From an uncultured Atribacterota bacterium (GTDB taxonomy: Bacteria; Atribacterota; Phoenicimicrobiia; Phoenicimicrobiales; Stramentimicrobiaceae), in the NCBI GenBank assembly GCA_964636625.1, contig CAZWUL010000003.1, positions 1 through 49,930 of the forward strand: a stretch of DNA of 49,930 nt. Reading direction: 5' to 3'. How positions within the stretch are numbered: the stretch's first letter is position 1; each line of letters starts with the position of its first letter. Of the stretch, positions 41,325-49,882 are shown piece after piece. Both the position numbers and the translations under genes were made by a program. The notes under the pieces were generated by a model, which saw only the letters and a program-made list of their open reading frames with translations, did no database searches and had not been told where the DNA came from.

Positions 41325-42197
41325 TTGAGTACAGAAAAAGAGAAAATACAAAAGGTAGAAAATATTACCGCCCCTTGTAATCCACCTGCTGCAGTTGCCA
41401 ATGCATTTTGCGGTATTGGAAAAGTTAAATGCGATTTACCATGGATTAAGATGATAATTCTTGGTATTTTAGCAGGTGTTTATATTAGTTTTGGGGGACA
41501 ACTGGCAACTATGGTTACCTATGATGCAGCTCAGTATATCAGCGATGGTGTTGCAAGGTTTTTATTCGGTAGTGTCTTTTCAGTTGGTCTAATGCTGGTG
41601 GTTATTGCTGGTGCAGAGCTATTTACTGGAAACAATTTAATTGTAGTTGGAGCTTTAAATGGAAGTGTTCCAGTGGGTAAGTTGATAAACAACTGGTTCT
41701 GGGTCTATGTGGCAAATTTTATTGGTTCCCTTTTAATTGTATGGATTATGTATGCTGCAGAGCTTTGGAAAGTTGGTGATTTTGGTTTAGGCGCAAGAGC
41801 CCTGGCTATTGCCAATGGCAAAGTCAACATCAGTTGGGGTGCAGCTATTGCCAGAGGTATTCTTTGTAACTGGCTGGTCTGTTTGGCAGTATGGATGGCT
41901 GTGGCAGCCAAGGATGTTGCAGGGAAGATATTAGCAATTTATTTCCCGATTATGGCCTTTGTAGCCAGTGGATTTGAACATAGTATTGCCAATATGTACT
42001 TTGTACCTATGGGTATTATGCTTAAAGGGAATGCTTCAGTCGTTGCGGCGGCAGGACTTACTGACAGATTAGCCAATTTAAATTGGGGTGGATTTATATT
42101 CAATAATTTAATTCCGGTTACTATTGGTAATATAATCGGTGGAGCATTCTTTGTTGCTACCCTATATTGGTTTGTATTCTTAAAAGATAAAAAATAA
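41325..42197 (+). CDS. fdhC: Formate/nitrite transporter (FNT; FdhC/FocA-like)
   Basis: GAELFTGN, RGILCNWLVCLAVW, GFEHSIANM, VTIGNIIGG; directly after the FDH gene. Confidence 0.92.
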   Translation: MSTEKEKIQKVENITAPCNPPAAVANAFCGIGKVKCDLPWIKMIILGILAGVYISFGGQLATMVTYDAAQYISDGVARFLFGSVFSVGLMLVVIAGAELFTGNNLIVVGALNGSVPVGKLINNWFWVYVANFIGSLLIVWIMYAAELWKVGDFGLGARALAIANGKVNISWGAAIARGILCNWLVCLAVWMAVAAKDVAGKILAIYFPIMAFVASGFEHSIANMYFVPMGIMLKGNASVVAAAGLTDRLANLNWGGFIFNNLIPVTIGNIIGGAFFVATLYWFVFLKDKK

Positions 42198-42261
42198 CTA
42201 GAAATAATTAAGAACAAATTATATATAAATCATAAGAAATGTTTATATAGATTACTAATAT

Positions 42262-42307
42262 AGAGGGGTATATCAAAAAAAAAAAAAAAAGATATAACCC
42301 CTCTTTT
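42262..42307 (+). terminator. Hairpin with an A16 loop after fdhC
   Basis: AGAGGGGTATATC-A16-GATATAACCCCTCT followed by TTT. Confidence 0.65.
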
Positions 42308-42315
42308 AACTTTGG

Positions 42316-42990
42316 ATGATTTTTAATGATTTAAAAGTAGAGAACTTAACTATGTTAAGCAGTAAGGAAATTCCTATCACAGTAATATTGTTGGCAGGTG
42401 GAAAAAGCAGTAGAATCGGCCTGAATAAAGATAAGGGAAAAATGAAGTTATTGGGTGTTAATTTGATTGATAGAGTAATTTCCAATATTCTTTCAGCTGG
42501 TTTATTCTTAGAAAAAGACATTCTTGTTGTGGGACCGAAGAAAAGATTTCCTAATCATCAGCTGGTCATAGAGGATATTTACCCACAAAAAGGTCCCTTA
42601 GGAGGAATATTTTCTGGCCTGTACAACTCTAAGACTTTTTATAATCTGGTAATCGGGTATGATATGCCTTTTATTGAACCAAAATTAATTCGCTATATGG
42701 TAGAGCATATTGATAATTACGATGCTGTTATTCCAACTCATAGCCAGGGATTATTTGAACCCTTGTGTGCAATATATAGCAAAAATTGTCTGGAAATAAT
42801 GGAACATAATATTAAAAATGGAAAATTATCCGTAAGATGCATTTTCCCTTTTTTAAAGATACGTTTAATTAATGAAGAAGAGATAAAAAATTATGACCCT
42901 AATTTACAATCCTTCTTTAATATTAATTTCAAAAGTGATTTTTCCAGAGCAGAAGAATTAGACCGAAAGAGAAGTGAAAATAAATGTTAA
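42316..42990 (+). CDS. mobA: Molybdenum cofactor guanylyltransferase (start could be 42352)
   Basis: LAGGKSSRIG, DK, GPLGGI, DMPF, EPLCAIY, FFNIN. Confidence 0.9.
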   Translation: MIFNDLKVENLTMLSSKEIPITVILLAGGKSSRIGLNKDKGKMKLLGVNLIDRVISNILSAGLFLEKDILVVGPKKRFPNHQLVIEDIYPQKGPLGGIFSGLYNSKTFYNLVIGYDMPFIEPKLIRYMVEHIDNYDAVIPTHSQGLFEPLCAIYSKNCLEIMEHNIKNGKLSVRCIFPFLKIRLINEEEIKNYDPNLQSFFNINFKSDFSRAEELDRKRSENKC

Positions 42991-43757
42991 AAGAAAATAG
43001 GGGAGTTCAGAAAAATATTATAAGAGTCGAAGAAGACAATAAAACCGAAATGTCAGACCTGGTAGCACGAGAGAAAGAATTAAGCATTTTTGTAAATAAA
43101 AAAAAGATTATAAGCTTGTATTGCAGTCCGGGTGATTATAAGTATTTGGGAATAGGATTTTTGTTTACAGCAGGCATATTATCAGGCAAAGATGATATAG
43201 TCTCAATTGAAACAAAAAAAGATGCAGTATATATAATGACAAAAAAAAATATTTTTTCTTCAGGAAGGATTAAGCGTATTTCCTCAATGATTGAAGTTCA
43301 ACATCAGTTCCCAAAGATGTCCACTATAAAAACAAGCAATACAAAGAATTTTAAATTAAATCCCTCAATTGTTTATAGAATGATAGAAAAAATACAAGAA
43401 AAAGCTGCTTTTTTTAAACTAAGCGGTGGAGTGCATAGTTGTGCCCTGGCTGATAAAAATGGAAAAATTTTATTATTCAGTGAGGATATTAGCCGTTATA
43501 ACACTATAGATAGAGTGCTTGGCCAGGCTTTATTGACTGATATTGATACCAGTAATAAGATTTTATTAACCTCTTGTAGAATAACCTCAGGCATTATCAA
43601 AAAAGTAATCTTTTCCAATATTCAGATTCTTATTTCCAGGGCAGCAGTTACCGATTGTGCTATTAAAATTGCAGATGTTAATAATATAACCTTGATTGGT
43701 TTTACCCGCGGGAAAAGAATGAATATTTATGCCCATTCCAGGCGTATTTTGATTTAA
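42984..43757 (+). CDS. fdhD: Formate dehydrogenase accessory protein FdhD (divergent)
   Basis: CSP, GFLFTAG, GGVH, EDISRYN, ITLIGFTRGKRMNIY; the Cys loop is missing. Confidence 0.85.
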   Translation: MLKENRGVQKNIIRVEEDNKTEMSDLVAREKELSIFVNKKKIISLYCSPGDYKYLGIGFLFTAGILSGKDDIVSIETKKDAVYIMTKKNIFSSGRIKRISSMIEVQHQFPKMSTIKTSNTKNFKLNPSIVYRMIEKIQEKAAFFKLSGGVHSCALADKNGKILLFSEDISRYNTIDRVLGQALLTDIDTSNKILLTSCRITSGIIKKVIFSNIQILISRAAVTDCAIKIADVNNITLIGFTRGKRMNIYAHSRRILI

Positions 43758-43834
43758 TATTTTATTTTGAATGCTTTTTGCACATGAATGGTATAATTAT
43801 AAACTGGAGAATAAATCAAATAGGATGATAATAT

Positions 43835-44254
43835 ATGATTAAAACTGTCTTAGCAATTGATCCGGGGAAGAAGAAGTGTGGCATTGCCGTTGTTGATAAT
43901 AAACTGCAATTTATTAAGGGTGATGTTGTAGAAAACGAAGAATTGATTGAGAAAGTAGATATTTTTGTAAAGAAATATAGTATTAATAATATTATAATTG
44001 GTAGCGGGACTAATTCCAAAGAGATTACAGATACCATAAAAAAAAGATTTGCAGGAATTGCTGTTATTGAGGTAGCTGAAAAAAATACTACCATGCAGGC
44101 CAGAAAGCGTTATTTTGATTATTATCCGCCAGGCGGCTTATTGAGAATTTTGCCCAGATCATTTCTTATCCCATCCCGTCCTTATGATGATTTTGCAGCT
44201 TTGATTATTGCCGAAAGGTTTTTTAAAAATTATGAAGAAATTAATAATAATTAA
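43835..44254 (+). CDS. YqgF/RuvX-like RNase H-fold protein
   Basis: LAIDPGKKKCGIA, IIGSGT, E-x-NTT..AR.RY, DDFAALIIAERF. Confidence 0.82.
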   Translation: MIKTVLAIDPGKKKCGIAVVDNKLQFIKGDVVENEELIEKVDIFVKKYSINNIIIGSGTNSKEITDTIKKRFAGIAVIEVAEKNTTMQARKRYFDYYPPGGLLRILPRSFLIPSRPYDDFAALIIAERFFKNYEEINNN

Positions 44255-44299
44255 GAGTTGCCATAAAGATATATATAAAACACTTGAGAGGAGATAACA

Positions 44300-44953
44300 T
44301 TGACCAGGATTAAAATATTTTCAAATATTATGAAAAGCAATGAAGATATGGCTTCAAAAAATAGACAATTATTTACTCATTATCATGTCCCGGTTATAAA
44401 TATGATGAGTTCTCCGGGTTCGGGAAAAACAAGCGTCCTGGAAAATACAATTAACAAACTGGGAAGGAAGATAAGAATTGCAGTATTAGAGGGTGATTTA
44501 CAAACAGACCGAGATGCTCAGCGTATTGCTAAATATGAAGTTCAGGTTGCTCAAATTAATACTGATGGTGCCTGCCATTTAGATGCTAATATGGTAAATA
44601 AGGCCTTATCGGCATTTGACTTTAGAAAAATTGATTTGTTCTTTATTGAAAATGTAGGTAACCTGGTTTGCCCCGCTGGTTTTGATTTGGGTGAAAACTA
44701 TCGTATTAATTTAGTTAGCATCCCTGAAGGGGATGATAAGGTAATTAAATATCCAGTTATATTTAGAAAATGTGATGTTTTACTGATTAACAAAATTGAC
44801 CTGTTACCCTATATATCATTTAATCTTGAACGCTTAAAAAGTGAAGCTTTAAATATTAGACCTGATATGAAAATTTTTGAAATATCCTGTTTGACAGGCG
44901 AAGGTATGAATTCTTGGTATGAGTGGCTGGAAGGTTTAGTAAGCCAGAAGTGA
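44300..44953 (+). CDS. hypB: Hydrogenase nickel incorporation GTPase HypB
   Basis: SSPGSGKT, CHLDA, ENVGNLVCPA, KYP, NKID. Confidence 0.95.
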   Translation: MTRIKIFSNIMKSNEDMASKNRQLFTHYHVPVINMMSSPGSGKTSVLENTINKLGRKIRIAVLEGDLQTDRDAQRIAKYEVQVAQINTDGACHLDANMVNKALSAFDFRKIDLFFIENVGNLVCPAGFDLGENYRINLVSIPEGDDKVIKYPVIFRKCDVLLINKIDLLPYISFNLERLKSEALNIRPDMKIFEISCLTGEGMNSWYEWLEGLVSQK

Positions 44954-44955
44954 AA

Positions 44956-45258
44956 GTAGTAATAGTAGTTAGTATTTAGTCGTTAGTATCTAGCTAAGAG
45001 AAGAATACAATAAAACGAGAAAATAATAGTAAAACATTTAGGCATTAAATCATGCAAAGATTTAAGAATTAAAAGAAATCAAGTAATATAATTTTTCAGA
45101 TTTAAATTGACAGTTAGCGAGACATAGTTGTCCAATCTGATATAGTTAAAATCAAATAATAAATTAATATTTATTAAAAATAATTTTATTATGTAGAGTG
45201 TATTATCCAGATATTGATTTTGCTTAATGCTAAATACCAAATACTAACGACCAACGAC
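44956..45258 (+). repeat. Heptamer-arm element B (about 300 bp)
   Basis: Left arm AGTAGTT AGTATTT AGTCGTT AGTATCT AGC (44964-44994); right arm GCTTAAT GCTAAAT ACCAAAT ACTAACG ACCAACG AC (45222-45258). Confidence 0.8.
45041..45091 (+). pseudogene. Possible remnant of a four-helix-bundle (23S-IVP/bAvd-like) gene
   Basis: Translates GIKSCKDLRI then stops; resembles the family N-terminus IKSFKDLxIWQ as recalled, not searched. Confidence 0.3.
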
Positions 45259-45291
45259 ATTTTACCCGAAATTAGGCTTGGTGATTGAAAA

Positions 45292-47583
45292 GTGAAAATA
45301 AGAAACCACATCACAATTAATGGAATTGTACAGGGAGTTGGTTTTCGTCCTTTTATTCACAAAGTGGCTGATGATTACAAATTGAAAGGATGGATTTGTA
45401 ATTCTACCGAAGGGGTGGAATTAGAAATAGAAGGGGAAGAGGATGATGTCAAGAATATAGCAAAAATATTACAAAAAAAACACCCCCCTTTGGCCATGAT
45501 TAAAGAAATTAAAGTGAAAAAAATGCCCTTAATTGGATTTAAGGATTTTAGAATAGTAAAAAGCTATACTAATAATAGCTCTCCTGTTACTTTAATACCC
45601 CCAGATATCTCTATTTGTGATGAGTGTATAAAGGAATTAAATAACCCTTCTGACAGACGCTATTGTTACCCTTTTATAAATTGTACCAATTGTGGTCCTC
45701 GCTTTACCATTATTAAGGATATACCGTATGACCGTGATAAAACAACTATGAGGGAATTTCTTATGTGCCATAAATGTAGTGCTGAGTATTCAGACATCAC
45801 AAATCGTCGATACCATGCTCAACCGAATGCCTGTCACACTTGCGGTCCAGAGGTGATATTGTACCAGGGCGAAAAGAGAATAATAACTGATAATCCATTT
45901 GAAGAAGTACAAAGAAGATTAAAAACAGGACAGATAGGTGCTATAAAAGGGTTAGGAGGATTCCATTTAACATGTGATGCAATGAACGATTCAGCTGTTT
46001 CCAGGTTAAGGGAAATAAAACTAAGGGAACAAAAACCTTTTGCTGTAATGGTAAAAGATATAGATTCAATAAAAAAATTTTGTCATTTATCTAAAGGTGC
46101 TCTAAAAATTCTTAATAGCAGGGAGAGGCCAATTCTTCTCTTGAAAAAGAAGACAAAGGGTTATCTTTCAGAGAACATTGCTCCTGGTAATAACTATATC
46201 GGGGTTATGTTAGCTTACACGCCCTTACATTATTTGTTGTTTCAAAAAAGTAATTTTGTATTGGTAATGACCAGCGCAAATTTTAGGGATGAGCCTATTA
46301 TTTATCAAAATCAAGAAGCCTTTGACAAACTGGTAGAAAAAGTAGATTTTTTGCTTGTTCATAATCGCCCTATCTATAATCGATGCGATGATTCTGTAAT
46401 AAAATATTCTTTTAATCGAGCAATATTCATTCGTAGAGCCAGGGGATATGCCCCATATCCAATAATTTTGTCCAAAAAGGCGCGACAGATTTTCGCAGCA
46501 GGCCCTGAAGACAAAAATACTGTTTGTTTTACTCGTGATGAATATGCATTTCCCAGTCAACATCTTGGGGATTTAAAAAACCAGGAGAACTATGAGGCAT
46601 ATCAGGAAGCTATTGATAGAATAATTAATGTTTTTCAATTTAATCCTGAGCTTATAGCTTGTGATTTACATCCTGATTATCTTTCCACAGTTTTTGCTGA
46701 AAAGATGTCTCAAGAAAAAGGGTTGCCTTTATTGAAAGTTCAGCATCACCAAGCTCATATTGCCAGTTGTATGGCTGAAAATAATTTAAATGAAAAAGTA
46801 ATTGGAGTTGTCTTTGACGGAAGTGGCCTGGGTGAAGACGGTACTATATGGGGTGGAGAGTTTTTGATTAGCGATATAAAAAGTTATAAGAGAGTAGGAC
46901 ATCTAAAATATAAGCCTATGCCTGGAGGAGAACTGGCAATTCACCAGCCATGGAGAATGGCCTACAGCTATCTTTATTCTTATTTTGGAGAAGAAGCTTT
47001 AAACCTAAAATTGCCTTTTATAAGAAGAAATGAATCAAATAACTTAAAATTGTTAATGCAAATGATTGACAAAAAAATAAATTCACCAAGCACCTCCAGC
47101 TGCGGACGTTTATTTGATGCAATTGCCTCCTTAATTGGCTTAAGAGATGAAGTTGATTTTGAAGGCCAGGCAGCCATAGAATTGGAATCCATATGTAAGC
47201 TTAGATATAAAGAAAATTATGCCTATAATATAATAAAAAAATCAGAATCAGCATCTGAATACATAGTAAATACTGAATATATGTTTAAGCAGGTAATCAA
47301 TGATTTAGAAAAAAATGTGGATATAAAAAAGATTGCTACCCAGTTTCACAACACAGTTGCCGAAATTATCCTTTCAATGTGTGTTACCATAAGGGAACAA
47401 TATGGGATAAATAAAGTAGTTTTAAGCGGAGGAGTGTTTCAAAATTCTTTTTTATTAAATCAGACTATAAAAAGAATGAACAAGAAGAATTTTGTAATTT
47501 TTCTTCATAAAAAAATGCCCCCGAATGATGCCTGTATTTCTTTAGGGCAGGCAGTAATTGCCAATGCCAGGGGCTTGATATAA
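45292..47583 (+). CDS. hypF: Carbamoyltransferase HypF
   Basis: GIVQGVGFRPF, CTNCGPR, RRYHAQPNAC, KGLGGFHL, DLHPDY, QHHQAH, PPNDACISLGQ. Confidence 0.96.
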   Translation: MKIRNHITINGIVQGVGFRPFIHKVADDYKLKGWICNSTEGVELEIEGEEDDVKNIAKILQKKHPPLAMIKEIKVKKMPLIGFKDFRIVKSYTNNSSPVTLIPPDISICDECIKELNNPSDRRYCYPFINCTNCGPRFTIIKDIPYDRDKTTMREFLMCHKCSAEYSDITNRRYHAQPNACHTCGPEVILYQGEKRIITDNPFEEVQRRLKTGQIGAIKGLGGFHLTCDAMNDSAVSRLREIKLREQKPFAVMVKDIDSIKKFCHLSKGALKILNSRERPILLLKKKTKGYLSENIAPGNNYIGVMLAYTPLHYLLFQKSNFVLVMTSANFRDEPIIYQNQEAFDKLVEKVDFLLVHNRPIYNRCDDSVIKYSFNRAIFIRRARGYAPYPIILSKKARQIFAAGPEDKNTVCFTRDEYAFPSQHLGDLKNQENYEAYQEAIDRIINVFQFNPELIACDLHPDYLSTVFAEKMSQEKGLPLLKVQHHQAHIASCMAENNLNEKVIGVVFDGSGLGEDGTIWGGEFLISDIKSYKRVGHLKYKPMPGGELAIHQPWRMAYSYLYSYFGEEALNLKLPFIRRNESNNLKLLMQMIDKKINSPSTSSCGRLFDAIASLIGLRDEVDFEGQAAIELESICKLRYKENYAYNIIKKSESASEYIVNTEYMFKQVINDLEKNVDIKKIATQFHNTVAEIILSMCVTIREQYGINKVVLSGGVFQNSFLLNQTIKRMNKKNFVIFLHKKMPPNDACISLGQAVIANARGLI

Positions 47584-47639
47584 ATTTATAAGTAATTATG
47601 AAAAAATAATAAAACAATGTTTTAAGAGAGGATCCCAAG

Positions 47640-47855
47640 ATGTGCCTGGCGATACCCGGGAAAATTATAAAGAAAATAGACTCTGAGAAAGCAGAAGTTC
47701 TTCTGGGAGGAATAAATAAAACTATTCGGATAGATCTTTTGCCTGATGTATCAGAGAATGAATATGTTCTTATCCATGCCGGATATGCTATAAGTAAAAT
47801 TAATGAAAAAGAAGCAAATGAGGTAATTCGTGCCTGGAAGGAGATTCAATCTTGA
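47640..47855 (+). CDS. hypC: Hydrogenase assembly chaperone HypC
   Basis: MCLAIPG, YVLIHAGYAI. Confidence 0.95.
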   Translation: MCLAIPGKIIKKIDSEKAEVLLGGINKTIRIDLLPDVSENEYVLIHAGYAISKINEKEANEVIRAWKEIQS

Positions 47856-48937
47856 AATATCAAGATGAATTCAGAGATAGGGAACTTTGCCAGAATTTTC
47901 TCCAGAAAATAAGAAGATTAACAAAATCAGCTATTTATTTAATGGAAGTATGTGGTACCCATACTGTTTCAATTTTTCGGTCAGGCATTAAAGATATTTT
48001 ACCGGAAAACATTAATTTAATCTCAGGCCCCGGTTGTCCGGTATGTGTCACACCGGTTGCAGATATTGACCATATAATTGCTTTGGCAAAAATGAATGAT
48101 ACGATAATCGCTACTTTTGGAGATATGCTCAATGTTCCAGGTAGTTCATCCAGCCTTAAACAGGAAAAGGCTAAAGGGGCTGATATTAGGATAGTATACT
48201 CTCCTTTTCAAAGTTTAGAAATAGCTCAAAAATTTCCATATAAAAAAGTTATACTGCTCGGTGTTGGCTTTGAAACTACAATTCCTTTGTTAGCCAGTGT
48301 TGCTTTAAGCGCAACGGAGAAGTCTTTGAGTAATTTTTACATATTAACCCTGGGCAAAGTAATGCCCCCAATTATGAAAGCTCTACTAAAAACTGGAGAA
48401 ACCAGGATTGATGGATTTATCTGTCCCGGTCATGTAAGTGCTATTATTGGTTGCAAACCATATAATTTTATTCCAGAAGAATATAATATTCCATGTGTAA
48501 TTGCCGGATTCGAACCTGTTGATATTCTCGCAGCTATATATCGTTTAATAGAGTTAAAGGTTACAAAAAACCCAATTGTAGATAATCAATACACCAGGGC
48601 AGTAAAAGAAGATGGCAACCCTCTGGCAATTAGAAAAATGGAACAAGTCTTTACTAAAGTGGATTCAAAGTGGAGGGGAATAGGTATTGTTGGCAATAGT
48701 GGAGTAGATTTGCGCCTAAAATATTCAGCAATCAATGCTCGAAATATAATAGTTCAACCTGAAAGAACAATAGAAAATACGGAATGTAGGTGTGGGGAAG
48801 TGTTAAGAGGATTAATTACCCCCCTGCAATGCCCGTTATTTAATAAAGTTTGCACTCCTGAAAACCCTGTCGGTGCCTGTATGGTTTCCAGCGAAGGAAC
48901 CTGTGCTGCATATTATAAATATAGTATTGAGTCGTGA
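47852..48937 (+). CDS. hypD: Hydrogenase formation protein HypD
   Basis: MEVCGTHT, GPGCPVCVT, GFETT, PGHVS, CMVSSEGTCAAYY. Confidence 0.96.
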   Translation: MKYQDEFRDRELCQNFLQKIRRLTKSAIYLMEVCGTHTVSIFRSGIKDILPENINLISGPGCPVCVTPVADIDHIIALAKMNDTIIATFGDMLNVPGSSSSLKQEKAKGADIRIVYSPFQSLEIAQKFPYKKVILLGVGFETTIPLLASVALSATEKSLSNFYILTLGKVMPPIMKALLKTGETRIDGFICPGHVSAIIGCKPYNFIPEEYNIPCVIAGFEPVDILAAIYRLIELKVTKNPIVDNQYTRAVKEDGNPLAIRKMEQVFTKVDSKWRGIGIVGNSGVDLRLKYSAINARNIIVQPERTIENTECRCGEVLRGLITPLQCPLFNKVCTPENPVGACMVSSEGTCAAYYKYSIES

Positions 48938-49208
48938 GTATCGGGTATCGAGTATAAGAGAAGATAATACAGTGATAAGTAATGAGTGATGAGTAATGAG
49001 TAATGAGTAAAGATAAAATACTCTTTTTCTCCTTGCTTTAACTAAAAACTATAAACTAAAAACTAATAACTGTTTTCTTGCCTTTAACTAAATACTAACG
49101 ACCAACGACTAAATTAGTATTGAGTCGTGAGTATCGGGTATGTAGAAAAATACTATGGAACAATTGAAGGTGAGAGGCGTTTTTAGTTTGTAGTTTTCAG
49201 TTTTTAGG
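48922..49208 (+). repeat. Nested heptamer-arm cluster C
   Basis: AGT-arrays at 48923-48955, 48971-49010, 49116-49141 and 49178-49208; ACT-arrays at 49041-49072 and 49087-49114; exact 27-bp direct repeat at 48922-48948 and 49115-49141. Confidence 0.85.
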
Positions 49209-49370
49209 TAACAATAGTCTTTGGTAATTAGTTTAAGAGAAGAAAAAAGAATTAGAAAAACAATCATAAAGTATACAGGAAGGGATTGACAGCTAGATGT
49301 AAGACAGGGAAATAAAAAGTGCATTAGTTATTAACTTTGATATAGACAGTAACCAACAAATTGCTAAAAG

Positions 49371-49395
49371 GTAGGGGCAGACCTTGTGTCTGCCC
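49371..49395 (+). repeat. GTAG-type REP sequence
   Basis: GTAG-GGGCAGAC-CTTGT-GTCTGCCC: a GTAG tetranucleotide plus an 8-bp GC-rich palindrome, 25 nt upstream of the RAYT gene. Confidence 0.8.
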
Positions 49396-49420
49396 GATAT
49401 ACCAAAAAGGATAAATTTAT

Positions 49421-49882
49421 TTGATTAATAAAGGAATTATTTACAAAAGAAAATCTCTACGTCTTTCCAAATATAATTATTCTAATCCAGGAGCATATTT
49501 TGTAACTATTTGTACACAAGAAAAAAAGAATTTATTTGATTTAACATGTGTACAAAATATGATCAAATTAGTTTGGATAAATTTACCATGCCGATTCCCA
49601 ATCTTAATCTTAGGTGAATTTGTTATATTGCCAAATCATATTCATGCAATTTTATGGTTAAAAAATACTTTGAATAATAATGAGGAAACTAATTTATTAT
49701 ATCCTGATAATAATGATAGATCACCATTGCCTACTGTTTCTCTAGGCCAGATTATTCAGGCATTTAAGTCTATTACAACCAATAAGTATATTATTGAAGT
49801 TAAGAAAAAGAATTGTATGAGGTTTGACAGACGTCTCTGGCAGCGTAATTATTTTGAACATGTAATACGTCAGATCGTGTAA
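49421..49882 (+). pseudogene. REP-associated tyrosine transposase (RAYT, Y1/HUH family), C-terminally truncated
   Basis: RKSLRL..YNYS..GAYFVTIC, HUH motif PNHIHAI, FKS, WQRNYFEHVIR; stops before the YIxxNP catalytic Tyr. Confidence 0.82.

Noticed and set aside
48922-49141. Possible CRISPR array (27-bp direct repeat)
   Set aside because: Only two copies, 166 bp apart, with the intervening DNA itself made of heptamer repeats; no cas genes in the window.
49109-49324. 71-aa minus-strand ORF
   Set aside because: Translation of heptamer repeats (LKTENYKLKT); no family features.
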